Positions 1-7,722 of a stretch of DNA of 24,429 nt are shown here, in pieces. The stretch's first letter is position 1. Each line of letters opens with the position of its first letter. The stretch lies in IMG/VR virus record IMGVR_UViG_3300027835_000485, positions 1-24,429 of that record; one strand, given 5' to 3'. This stretch comes from a virus (taxonomy: Duplodnaviria; Caudoviricetes). Made by a program: the position numbers and the translations under genes. The notes below the pieces were generated by a model that ran no database searches, was not told the DNA's origin, and saw only the letters and a list, made by a program, of their open reading frames with translations.

Positions 1-345
1 CAAGAAGGCGAAGACCTCCTCCGCATTGCGGAGCGGATTGAGGACGTCTACGACCAGGCGATCGGCTTTCGGAGCCTGCGGATCGCCCGGACCGAAGTCA
101 TCAGCGCGAGCAATCGCGGGGCCTTGGCGGCCTATGAGGCGGGCGGGGCGCAAAGCAAGCAGTGGGTGACGGCGGGCGACGAGCATGTCCGAGCAACCCA
201 TCAGGCGGCCGAGGGACAAGTCGTGGGACTAAATCAAAAGTTTATCGTCGGCGAGGCACTCCTGGATCATCCGGGTGATCCAAGCGGCCTGCCTGAGGAG
301 ATCATCAACTGTCGATGCACGACGGTCCCTGTCTTGCGGTCATGA
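1..345 (+). CDS. Phage minor head / head morphogenesis protein (Mu gpF, SPP1 gp7 family), 5'-truncated by the window edge
   Basis: Frame 1 is open from base 1: ...RIARTEVISASNRG...KQWVTAGDEHVRATH...HPGDP...EIINCRC. These match the IARTE, W..D.VR.H and HP/NCRC motifs of the family. It lies directly upstream of the prohead protease. Confidence 0.88.
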   Translation, partial: QEGEDLLRIAERIEDVYDQAIGFRSLRIARTEVISASNRGALAAYEAGGAQSKQWVTAGDEHVRATHQAAEGQVVGLNQKFIVGEALLDHPGDPSGLPEEIINCRCTTVPVLRS

Positions 346-355
346 GGAGGACACG

Positions 356-1681
356 ATGAGCGTGGCGCTTGACGATGCCCGGGTGGTCCGGGTGCGATTG
401 GATACGCCAGAGGGCCGTGCCGTGCGGCAGGCGCTGGGCTTGGAGGAGGCCGTGCCAGAGCTGGTGCGGGCCTATTGCCTGGGCGAATGGAAAGCCACCA
501 GGGAGGATGGGCCGCGGCCGGTGCTCATCACGACGGATGACGTGGATCGGATGGGTGACGTCATCGTGCCGGAGGGGGCGATCCTCGAGCACTACCGCAA
601 GAATCCCGTCATCCTCTGGGCGCACGACTACACGCTGCCGCCTCTTGGCAGCGCGCAGTGGATCAAGAAGACCGACCACGGGATCCTCGCCAAGCCGCGC
701 TGGGCCAGCACCGAGTTTGCCCAGCAGATCAGGCTGCTCTATGACGAGGGCCACATGCGGGCCTGGTCGATTGGGTTCATTCCGAAGGCGTGGGAGGACA
801 TCCAGAGCAAGGATACGGACACACCGGGCATCACGGGCCGGCGCTACACGAAGTGGGAGCTGCTGGAGTTCTCGGCAGTCCCCGTCCCGGCGAATCCCCA
901 CGCGCTCTCGCTGGCGATCAAGAGCGGCCTTCGCGTGAGTGCGAGCCTCGTAAAACAGTTGGGGCTGCCGGAGCGCGAGGAAGTTGACGCCAAGACGATT
1001 CTCCAGGTTCCCGCTGGCACGGAGCCGGTCGCGGGACACCATGAGGCGCAGACCGTGTCGCATGCTCAGACGGGTGAGCGCGAGGCGGAAGACTTCAGCG
1101 CGCTCCATGCCACCTGCGACGCGAACGTCTATCGCGAGCGGCTGCTTGAGACGTTGAATGCGAAGGCCGATCAGCCTCCGACCGTCGTGCAGACGCTTAT
1201 CTTGAGCAAGGCGCAGTTCCCGACCGCCGAGGACGCCACGCAGTGGGCCAGAGAGCATCAGTTTCGCGCTGACAAGGTCGATGAGACCGAGGATAGTTGG
1301 CGGCTGCGGCAGCGCGATCCCAGCGACTTCGATCCGGAGAGCCTGCGGACGATCACGCTGACGAAGGGTATGCAGGCGGTCATCGGCCACCTGAAGCAGC
1401 GCGCGGGGGCCGAGACCACGAAGCAGGCACTCGACGAGGTGCTGACCGAGCTGGCTGAGGTGAAAGCCGAGCTGACAGCGGTCACGCAGCGGATTCGAGC
1501 GCTCGAAACCGAACGACCAGAGACCGTGCGGATCCGGATCGCCGTGGATGGCGAGACGCACGCCGACCCAGAGCCCGTGATTCGAGTCGCAGGCGCATCG
1601 CTCACCAAGGCCGAGCTGGCCAAGGTGTTGGGCGAGGCGATCGACGGACGCATCCGGAAGCTCACCGGCGTCGTGTCGTAG
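356..1681 (+). CDS. HK97-family prohead maturation protease with C-terminal extension (extra domain plus coiled coil)
   Basis: RBS GAGGAGG at 344-350, ATG at 356. Motifs DRMGDVI, NPVILWAHD (catalytic His), WSIGF and LLEFSAVPVPANP (catalytic Ser). Upstream of the capsid gene. Confidence 0.92.
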   Translation: MSVALDDARVVRVRLDTPEGRAVRQALGLEEAVPELVRAYCLGEWKATREDGPRPVLITTDDVDRMGDVIVPEGAILEHYRKNPVILWAHDYTLPPLGSAQWIKKTDHGILAKPRWASTEFAQQIRLLYDEGHMRAWSIGFIPKAWEDIQSKDTDTPGITGRRYTKWELLEFSAVPVPANPHALSLAIKSGLRVSASLVKQLGLPEREEVDAKTILQVPAGTEPVAGHHEAQTVSHAQTGEREAEDFSALHATCDANVYRERLLETLNAKADQPPTVVQTLILSKAQFPTAEDATQWAREHQFRADKVDETEDSWRLRQRDPSDFDPESLRTITLTKGMQAVIGHLKQRAGAETTKQALDEVLTELAEVKAELTAVTQRIRALETERPETVRIRIAVDGETHADPEPVIRVAGASLTKAELAKVLGEAIDGRIRKLTGVVS

Positions 1682-1710
1682 TCCACATCACAACCTCAGG
1701 AGGAGCACAG

Positions 1711-2853
1711 ATGAGTGGAGCCGTGAAAGAACTCAGCATGGAAGAGTTCAAGGGGCTCATCGGCCAGGTCGTCGATGAGAAGCTCGCCCCGTTGACGAAG
1801 GTCGACCGGAAGTACGGCGCCTTCCCGGGCGTGAACGAGGAGCAGCTCGACCAGCTCGCGTGGGCGGAGAAGTTTAAGCTCTTTCTCCGCGCGCTGGTCC
1901 GCGGCCAGGTCGATGTCTGCACCCAGCTGCAGTCGAACTGGGCCAGCAGCGCCCAGATCAAGCAGCTGACCGAAGGGGCGGATACCGCCGGCGGCTTTCT
2001 CGTGCCGGAGGAGTTCCGCGCGGAGGTGATCCGGATCATCCCGAAGTACGGCGTCTTTCGCCGCTTGGCCCGGGTCATCCCCATGAACACGGACACGCTG
2101 CGCATTCCGCGCCAGACGGCGACGGTGAGTGTCAGCTGGCCGGGGGAGGCCAAGAAAGGCACGGGCTCCAAGCCGACCTTGGGGCAGGTGCTCTTGAACA
2201 GCAAGACGATGGTGGGGTTGTGCAGTTACTCGCTGGAGTTTTTGGCCGATGCCGGGCTGCCGGTCATTCAGTACCTGCAGACGATCTTCGCCGAGGAGTT
2301 CGGCGCCGAGGAAGACAACCAGGCCTTCAACGGGGCTGGTGCGCCGTTCGTCGGGGTGCTCAACGCCGCCGGCGTGAACACGGCCTTCCTGGGCGGCTCC
2401 AGCACCTCGGGCAAGACGACGATCGGCAGCGCCACGATCGACGACATGATCGACGCGGCGGATAAGACTAGCGAGGATGCGGACGACGCGGCGGTCTACG
2501 TCTTCAACAAGGCGTTGAAGAGCGTGCTGCGCAAGGTAAAGGTGACCAACACCTACGCGTGGGCCGAGGCGGCGAAGGACGCGCCGGGGACGCTCAACGG
2601 GTATCCCTGGTACACCAGCAAGAAGCTCCCGAACGCGCCGGCGGTGAACACCGCGTTTGCGATCTACGGCAACTTCGGCTACGCGTTCCTGGGGGATCGT
2701 GAGCAGATGACGATCGCCATTACCCGTGAGGGGACGATCGGCTCGGACAACCTGTTCGAGCAGAACATGGCCGGCCTGCGGATCACGGAGCGCATCGCGA
2801 TCGACATCGCGGTGCCGAGCGCCTTTACCGTGATCAAGACGGCGGCGTCATAA
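1711..2853 (+). CDS. HK97-fold major capsid protein
   Basis: Strong RBS AGGAGG. Motifs AGGFLVPEEF, W.GE, AFNG.G...GVLN, GTLNGYP, YGNF and NLFEQNM..LR.TER. Confidence 0.95.
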   Translation: MSGAVKELSMEEFKGLIGQVVDEKLAPLTKVDRKYGAFPGVNEEQLDQLAWAEKFKLFLRALVRGQVDVCTQLQSNWASSAQIKQLTEGADTAGGFLVPEEFRAEVIRIIPKYGVFRRLARVIPMNTDTLRIPRQTATVSVSWPGEAKKGTGSKPTLGQVLLNSKTMVGLCSYSLEFLADAGLPVIQYLQTIFAEEFGAEEDNQAFNGAGAPFVGVLNAAGVNTAFLGGSSTSGKTTIGSATIDDMIDAADKTSEDADDAAVYVFNKALKSVLRKVKVTNTYAWAEAAKDAPGTLNGYPWYTSKKLPNAPAVNTAFAIYGNFGYAFLGDREQMTIAITREGTIGSDNLFEQNMAGLRITERIAIDIAVPSAFTVIKTAAS

Positions 2854-2876
2854 GCCGGAGCGTTCTGAATGCCGCA

Positions 2877-2940
2877 TCCGAGTCAGCGGAGTGATGTCGT
2901 GAGACGGGGCGTCCTGACTGGCGCCCTATCACTCGGAGGA
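2877..2940 (+). promoter_or_regulatory. Candidate structured cis-regulatory RNA (three-way junction plus pseudoknot) abutting the next RBS
   Basis: Pairings checked by hand: 2889-2895/2928-2934; 2896-2898/2903-2905 with a GTGA loop; 2906-2913/2920-2927. Loop CTGACT (2914-2919) is complementary to AGTCAG (2881-2886). Confidence 0.5.
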
Positions 2941-2947
2941 CCATGCC

Positions 2948-3343
2948 ATGGCACGTGAGATCAAAAGCGCCATCAACCCGAACAACGCCCAGGTGCCGGC
3001 TGCGGTCACCGCGTCGGCGAACACGACCGGCCTGGACTGCTCGGGGTACGAGGAAGTGGTGTACCTGGTTGCTGTCGGCGCGGTGACCGGCACCACCCCG
3101 ACCCTGGACGTCAAGGTGCAAGAATCGGCTACGCAGGGCGGCACGTATACGGACATCGTCGGTTCGGCCTTCGCGCAGATGACGAATGCGAACCATGCGC
3201 TGCATCTGAATGCGCGGGTGACGCCGGCGAAACCGTTTCAGCGCGTCGTGCTGACGCTGGGCGGCACCACCCCCAACTTCACCATGGTGGTGCTGCAGCT
3301 GCGGTGCAATCCGCCGCTTCTTCCCGCGGCAGCGGGTTCATAA
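2948..3343 (+). CDS. Probable capsid decoration/cement protein (beta-rich, 131 aa)
   Basis: RBS GGAGGA at 2935-2940. Immediately follows the capsid gene. Beta-strand pattern LDVKVQES...G.YTDI is typical of post-capsid structural genes. Confidence 0.6.
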   Translation: MAREIKSAINPNNAQVPAAVTASANTTGLDCSGYEEVVYLVAVGAVTGTTPTLDVKVQESATQGGTYTDIVGSAFAQMTNANHALHLNARVTPAKPFQRVVLTLGGTTPNFTMVVLQLRCNPPLLPAAAGS

Positions 3344-3356
3344 GGCGTCTGTGGAG

Positions 3357-3392
3357 CTGGGCGGGCGGCCGCAACAAGGCCGCCTCGCCTGG
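3357..3392 (+). promoter_or_regulatory. GC-rich hairpin without U-tract between a putative SD and ATG 3400
   Basis: CTGGGCG-GGCGGCC / loop GCAACAA / GGCCGCC-T-CGCCTGG gives a 14-bp stem (two G-U pairs) with one bulge. Confidence 0.5.
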
Positions 3393-3399
3393 ATCCCCC

Positions 3400-3597
3400 A
3401 TGTCGCTGAAAAATCCACTGACCTTGAAAAAGAGTTTTGAGGAACCGCCGATGGAACGGATGGTCGGTGGGCCGAAGACCCGTCGCCGCAGCCGCTTCTT
3501 GACTCGGTTTCTGCCCGGGTGGGCTCGGCGTGCCGTGACGAATCTTGAGCCGGAAGCGGCAGAAGATGAGGACTCCGAGGACGAGGCATGGCGCTGA
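3400..3597 (+). CDS. Small hypothetical phage protein (65 aa)
   Basis: Fills the gap between decoration and adaptor genes and overlaps the next start. PPMERMV resembles the PP.D(K/R)M motif of small post-capsid phage proteins. Start is uncertain. Confidence 0.5.
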   Translation: MSLKNPLTLKKSFEEPPMERMVGGPKTRRRSRFLTRFLPGWARRAVTNLEPEAAEDEDSEDEAWR

Positions 3598-4142
3598 CCA
3601 CCCATAGCCGCGTCAAGGAATATCTCGGCATCAAGGCCGATGACGCCAGCAAGGACGCGATGCTCGCAGAGTTCGTCGAGCGCGTCAGCGCGGCCATCAG
3701 CACGCGGTGCAAGCGCGTCTTCGAGTTCGAGAGCGGAATCACCGAGTACGACGACGGCGATGGCGTCATGAGCCAGCTGATGGTGCGGCGCTATCCCATC
3801 GTGTCGGTGGCCAGCCTCTATGACGATCCGGATCGGGCCTACGGCAGCGCCACACTCATCGCGGCCACGGAGTACACCGTGGACAAAGGATGGGGCCTGA
3901 TCCAGCTCGATGGGTTCAGGTTCCTGAAAGGTCTGCAGAGCGTCAAGGTCGTCTACGACGGCGGCTACAAGGTGATCCCGCAAGACCTTGAACGGGCCGC
4001 CATCATCCTCTGCGCGGCGGATTTTCTGGACTCGCAATCCGAATTGAAGGTTAGCGTCGACGTGGAGACGGTGGAGCGGATCAGCCGCCAACGGGAAGAC
4101 GCGGATCGGCTCGTCGACCTCTACATGCGGCCGGTGCTGTGA
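3588..4142 (+). CDS. Head-tail connector/adaptor, copy 1 (HK97 gp6 / phiE125 gp8-like, 184 aa)
   Basis: ALTT..RVKEYL.I...D N-terminus, EY.DGDG, YPIVSV.S and VKVVYDGGY..IPQDLERA motifs. Position after the head genes. Confidence 0.85.
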   Translation: MALTTHSRVKEYLGIKADDASKDAMLAEFVERVSAAISTRCKRVFEFESGITEYDDGDGVMSQLMVRRYPIVSVASLYDDPDRAYGSATLIAATEYTVDKGWGLIQLDGFRFLKGLQSVKVVYDGGYKVIPQDLERAAIILCAADFLDSQSELKVSVDVETVERISRQREDADRLVDLYMRPVL

Positions 4143-4408
4143 TGGATGCGGTCATTGCCGTCTTCGCTTTTCTGGCGCTGATTGTGCCCTTCATGCTGGC
4201 CACACTATGGGGCTGGGTCGTGCTGTGGATCGCCATCGCGCTCGTGCTGGGTGTGGTGGAAGGCCTCTCCTATCTGATGACGCGGCGCACGATCAGCCAG
4301 CAGTTCTGGGAGTTTCGCCGGCACCATCGCGTCTTCTCCTGGGTGCTGATCGGTCTTATGACAGCGGCCTGGCTTGGGCTGGTCGTGCATCTGCTCTGGA
4401 AAGGCTAA
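4142..4408 (+). CDS. Small integral membrane protein (88 aa, about 3 TM helices)
   Basis: TGATG coupling to the upstream gene. Three hydrophobic stretches, with a basic RRTISQQFWEFRRHHR loop before the last. Confidence 0.7.
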   Translation: MDAVIAVFAFLALIVPFMLATLWGWVVLWIAIALVLGVVEGLSYLMTRRTISQQFWEFRRHHRVFSWVLIGLMTAAWLGLVVHLLWKG

Positions 4409-4410
4409 CG

Positions 4411-4908
4411 ATGCCTGAGAGCGAATTTGTCCTCACCTTAGAAGGCGAGAAAGAGCTGCTGCAGAAGATGGATCGTCTGCCACCACGGATTCGAGAAGCC
4501 GTCGGACAGAAGGCGCTGCTGCAGAGCGCACTCCTCCTGGAGCGGCATATCAAGACGGAGAAGCTCTCTGGCCAGGTGTTGCACGTGCGCAGCGGCAGGC
4601 TGCGCCGCTCGAGCAGTCATCGACTAGAGCAGATCGGGCAGGACCTGACCGCGCGAGTTGGCACGAACTTGGTGTATGCCCGGATCCATGAGTTTGGAGG
4701 GACGATCACGGCCAAGCGCGCGACGAATCTGGCGATCCCGACGGGCATCGCCAGGACACCGGCGGGCGTTCCCCGCTACACCGCGCGCCAACTGATTGCC
4801 AACCCAGGCGTAGGAGGCTTTACGCGGACCTTCTTCAGGCATCACAAGCTCTATGGCGTGACGCGCGGCGGGAGGGTGAGAGCCGCCTTCATCCGAGGTC
4901 TGGACTGA
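4411..4908 (+). CDS. Neck/tail-completion protein, copy 1 (HK97 gp10 / Mu gpG-like), C-terminally truncated relative to copy 2
   Basis: ATG at 4411. Motifs RSGRLRRS and VGTNLVYARIHEFGG. Similarity to copy 2 stops at VRAAFI. Confidence 0.78.
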   Translation: MPESEFVLTLEGEKELLQKMDRLPPRIREAVGQKALLQSALLLERHIKTEKLSGQVLHVRSGRLRRSSSHRLEQIGQDLTARVGTNLVYARIHEFGGTITAKRATNLAIPTGIARTPAGVPRYTARQLIANPGVGGFTRTFFRHHKLYGVTRGGRVRAAFIRGLD

Positions 4909-5462
4909 TGGCGCTGACCACCTACCAACGGCTCAAGAGCCTGCTGGCGATCAAGCCGGACGACACGAACCACGATGCGGTCATGGCCGAAATCATTGAG
5001 CGCGTCAGCGCCGAGATCGTGGGCCGCTGCCGCCGGACGTTCGAGTTCGCCAGCGGCATCACGGAATACTTCGATGGCGACGGCGTCAGCAGCGTGGTCG
5101 TGCTGAGCCGCTCTCCGAACGTCGCCGTGACCAGCCTGTACGACGATACGAACCGGACCTATGCGAGCAGCTCGCTGATCCAGCCGGCGGACTATGTCGT
5201 CGACGGCAACACCGGCGTGATCACGCTCAACGGCTTCTTCTTCGCACGCAGCCTGCAGAACATCAAGGTCATCTATGACGGCGGGTACAAGACGATCCCG
5301 CAGGATCTCGAGCGCGCGGCGCTGATCTACGCGGCCAGCGATTTCCTCGACCATCAGGGCGAGCTGCGCGTCAGTCTCGACGTCGAGGTCATCAACAAGA
5401 TCGATCGGCAGCGCAAGGAAGCCGGCGTCACGATCGACCGCTACGTGAGGTTCATCCTCTGA
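4908..5462 (+). CDS. Head-tail connector/adaptor, copy 2 (184 aa)
   Basis: Ungapped paralog of 3588-4142 (105/184 identical by hand count). TGATG coupling. Confidence 0.85.
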   Translation: MALTTYQRLKSLLAIKPDDTNHDAVMAEIIERVSAEIVGRCRRTFEFASGITEYFDGDGVSSVVVLSRSPNVAVTSLYDDTNRTYASSSLIQPADYVVDGNTGVITLNGFFFARSLQNIKVIYDGGYKTIPQDLERAALIYAASDFLDHQGELRVSLDVEVINKIDRQRKEAGVTIDRYVRFIL

Positions 5463-6052
5463 TGCCCGGCGACCTGACGATCACCTTTGAAGGCCACCAG
5501 CAGCTACTGCGTCGCTTCGACAAACTGCCGCAGGCGATCCGCGAGCAGGTGGCGACCGAGGGTCTGACGAAGGGCGCGATGATCCTGACGGCGGAGATCA
5601 AGCGGCGTCTGGGTGGCGAAGCCCTGCAGGTTCGCAGCGGTCGGCTGCGGAACAGCATCAGCTATCGCCTCGAACAGGACCGCGGCGACATGGTGGCGAA
5701 GGTCGGCACGAACATCCTCTACGCGCGCATCCAGGAGTTCGGCGGGACGATCACGCCCAAGCGCGCGCAGTACCTGACGATCCCGACGGCAATCTCGAAG
5801 ACGCCGGCGGGTGTGGCGCGCTACACGGCGCGGCAGCTGATCGCCAACCCGTCGCTCGGTGGCTTCGTGCGGACGTTCTTCCGCCACCACAAGCTCTTCG
5901 GCGTCACCTCGACGGGCCAGGTCCGCGCGGCGTTTATCCTGAAAACCAGCGTGACGATCCCGGCGCACGGCTACATTCGCGCATCGATCAACGCCAAGCG
6001 CGACGCGATCCTCAAGATCCTCGTTGACAGCTTGAAGAAAGCGCTGGGCTGA
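5462..6052 (+). CDS. Neck/tail-completion protein, copy 2 (HK97 gp10 / Mu gpG-like, 196 aa)
   Basis: RSGRLRNSI, VGTNILYARIQEFGG and a C-terminal VTIPAHGYIR (IP.RPY-like) motif followed by an amphipathic helix. Confidence 0.82.
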   Translation: MPGDLTITFEGHQQLLRRFDKLPQAIREQVATEGLTKGAMILTAEIKRRLGGEALQVRSGRLRNSISYRLEQDRGDMVAKVGTNILYARIQEFGGTITPKRAQYLTIPTAISKTPAGVARYTARQLIANPSLGGFVRTFFRHHKLFGVTSTGQVRAAFILKTSVTIPAHGYIRASINAKRDAILKILVDSLKKALG

Positions 6053-6513
6053 TGGCGACCCCACAAGCCGTCTATACACAGGTCCGTGACACGCTGAAGA
6101 ACGCCGCGGGCCTGAGCTACATGAAGCAGGTTTTCGACGGGCTGCGCCGCGGCGTCCCGGCGGGCGATTACCCCTGCCTGATGTTGGAACCGACGACGAA
6201 CCTCGAAACACCGGCGGCCTATCCGATCCTCGACGGACATCTGCACATCCTCATTGCCGCGTACATGCGGGATTTTGATGTCGATGCGCAGCTGCTCGGC
6301 GATGCGAACTACAAAGGGATTTTCACACTCGAGCTGGACGTCAAGAAGGCGCTGGGTGCGCAGTACCCGACGCTCGGGCTGTCGGGCCTGCTGGAGTTCG
6401 AGTTCCCGACGACGGAATACGAACGGCGCAGTGATCTGGCGGAGTTTCCGGTCCGCGGCGTCCTGATCGAGGTGGACGTCCATTATCGGACCCAACTGGA
6501 CACGCGGACGTAA
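6052..6513 (+). CDS. Probable tail terminator protein
   Basis: 153 aa, between neck and tail tube genes. N-terminal helix, YPCL motif and C-terminal beta strand EVDVHYR. Called mainly on synteny. Confidence 0.65.
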   Translation: MATPQAVYTQVRDTLKNAAGLSYMKQVFDGLRRGVPAGDYPCLMLEPTTNLETPAAYPILDGHLHILIAAYMRDFDVDAQLLGDANYKGIFTLELDVKKALGAQYPTLGLSGLLEFEFPTTEYERRSDLAEFPVRGVLIEVDVHYRTQLDTRT

Positions 6514-6527
6514 GCGAAGGAGGACGC

Positions 6528-7466
6528 ATGGGGCTTCGACAGAAGGCGTTGATCTTGGCGAAGGAAGAAGCGACCTACGGCACGGACTCCGTGCCGACGA
6601 ACAGCGCCAACGCGCTGCCGGCCTACAACCCGACGATCAAGTTCGTCGGCGCGGCCGTCGACCGGAACTTCGTGCGCGAGACGATCAGCCCGGCACCGGG
6701 CCTGCTGGGCAGCCGCTACTGCGAGCTGACGTTCGAGACGGAGATCTACACCAACGGGGCCGCTGGCACGGCGCCGCGCTACGCCGATCTGCTCGAGGCG
6801 TGCTCGATGTCCGAGACGATCGTGGCCGTGACGAGCGCGACGTACAAGCCGAACAGCCTCGGCACGACGGCGAAGTCCGTCACGCTCTACGCCTACTTCG
6901 ACGGGCGCGTCCACAAGCTGACGGGCTGCGTGGGCAACGTCGAGCTGCTGTTCAAGGCCGGCGAGCCGGCGCGACTGAAGTGGACGTTCCGCGGCCTGTT
7001 CTCCCTGCCGACGGACGTCAGCGTGCCGGCGCCGACGTTCGAGACAGGCTTCAACAGCCCGCCGAAGGCCCTGGGCGTGAACCTGACCTACAACTCGCTG
7101 ACGACCTTCGCCGCGCAGCAGATCAGCATCAACCTGGGCAACCAGCTGGCGAACCGCGTCGACATCAACGCGACGCATGGCTACAAGGGCTTCGTGGTCG
7201 TCGATCGCCAGGGCACCGCCTCGTTCAACCCGGAGGCGTTCGTCGTGGCGACCTACGACATCTGGACGGACTGGATCAACGCGACGCTGCGGCAGCTGTC
7301 GCTGGTCCTGGGCAGCGGCGCGGGCAACGTCTGCACGATCACCTGCCCGAAGCTGGAAGTCATGGACATCAACCAAGGCGACCGCGACGGCGTCGAGGTC
7401 TTCGAGGTGCCGTTCAAGCTGGCCTACAACGCCGGCGATGACGAACTCTCGATCGCCTTCACCTGA
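6528..7466 (+). CDS. Major tail tube protein
   Basis: RBS AAGGAGG. LAKEEATYGTD N-terminus, SVTLY.Y.DG..HKLTGC.G and D(R)DG..V.E.PF motifs. No sheath gene adjacent. Confidence 0.85.
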   Translation: MGLRQKALILAKEEATYGTDSVPTNSANALPAYNPTIKFVGAAVDRNFVRETISPAPGLLGSRYCELTFETEIYTNGAAGTAPRYADLLEACSMSETIVAVTSATYKPNSLGTTAKSVTLYAYFDGRVHKLTGCVGNVELLFKAGEPARLKWTFRGLFSLPTDVSVPAPTFETGFNSPPKALGVNLTYNSLTTFAAQQISINLGNQLANRVDINATHGYKGFVVVDRQGTASFNPEAFVVATYDIWTDWINATLRQLSLVLGSGAGNVCTITCPKLEVMDINQGDRDGVEVFEVPFKLAYNAGDDELSIAFT

Positions 7467-7479
7467 TCGGAGGCACGAC

Positions 7480-7695
7480 ATGCAGGATCGCCACGGCAAC
7501 GGGCTATCGGAGGGCGACGCGGTCAGCGTCGACGCCTTGGTGGTCAGCGGACACACCGACAACGGCGTCGCCTACATCCGGCTGCAGCAGCAGCCAGGCC
7601 GGCCAGACGAGACGATTCTCGTGCCAGCCACGTGGGTGACGTTACAGGCAGGCGCGCGGAAAGCCAACGACGGAGACGCTCCGCTCGTCGGCTGA
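7480..7695 (+). CDS. Small hypothetical protein (71 aa), possible SH3/KOW-like barrel
   Basis: RBS GGAGG at 7469-7473. Starts DRHGNGLSEGDAV (D..G..L..GD.V pattern). Confidence 0.55.
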   Translation: MQDRHGNGLSEGDAVSVDALVVSGHTDNGVAYIRLQQQPGRPDETILVPATWVTLQAGARKANDGDAPLVG

Positions 7696-7722
7696 CGCGC
7701 GACAACAGGAGGCAGAGGCAGT

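Noticed and set aside
275-355. Longer ORF-track starts for protease (275), neck copy 1 (4207), Dit (10115), tail tip (11509), RadC (20794) and DUF932 (22197)
   Set aside because: They overlap upstream genes or the terminator. The downstream ATGs have an RBS, stop-start coupling or a family-typical N-terminus.
305-1561. 418-aa minus-strand ORF and the other long antisense ORFs across the structural operon
   Set aside because: They are shadows of well-supported plus-strand phage genes, with no independent motifs.
2891-2910. Hammerhead ribozyme or rRNA fragment suggested by GTCGTGAGAC
   Set aside because: It lacks the CUGANGA and GAAA hammerhead core, and the rRNA-like match does not extend beyond about 10 nt.
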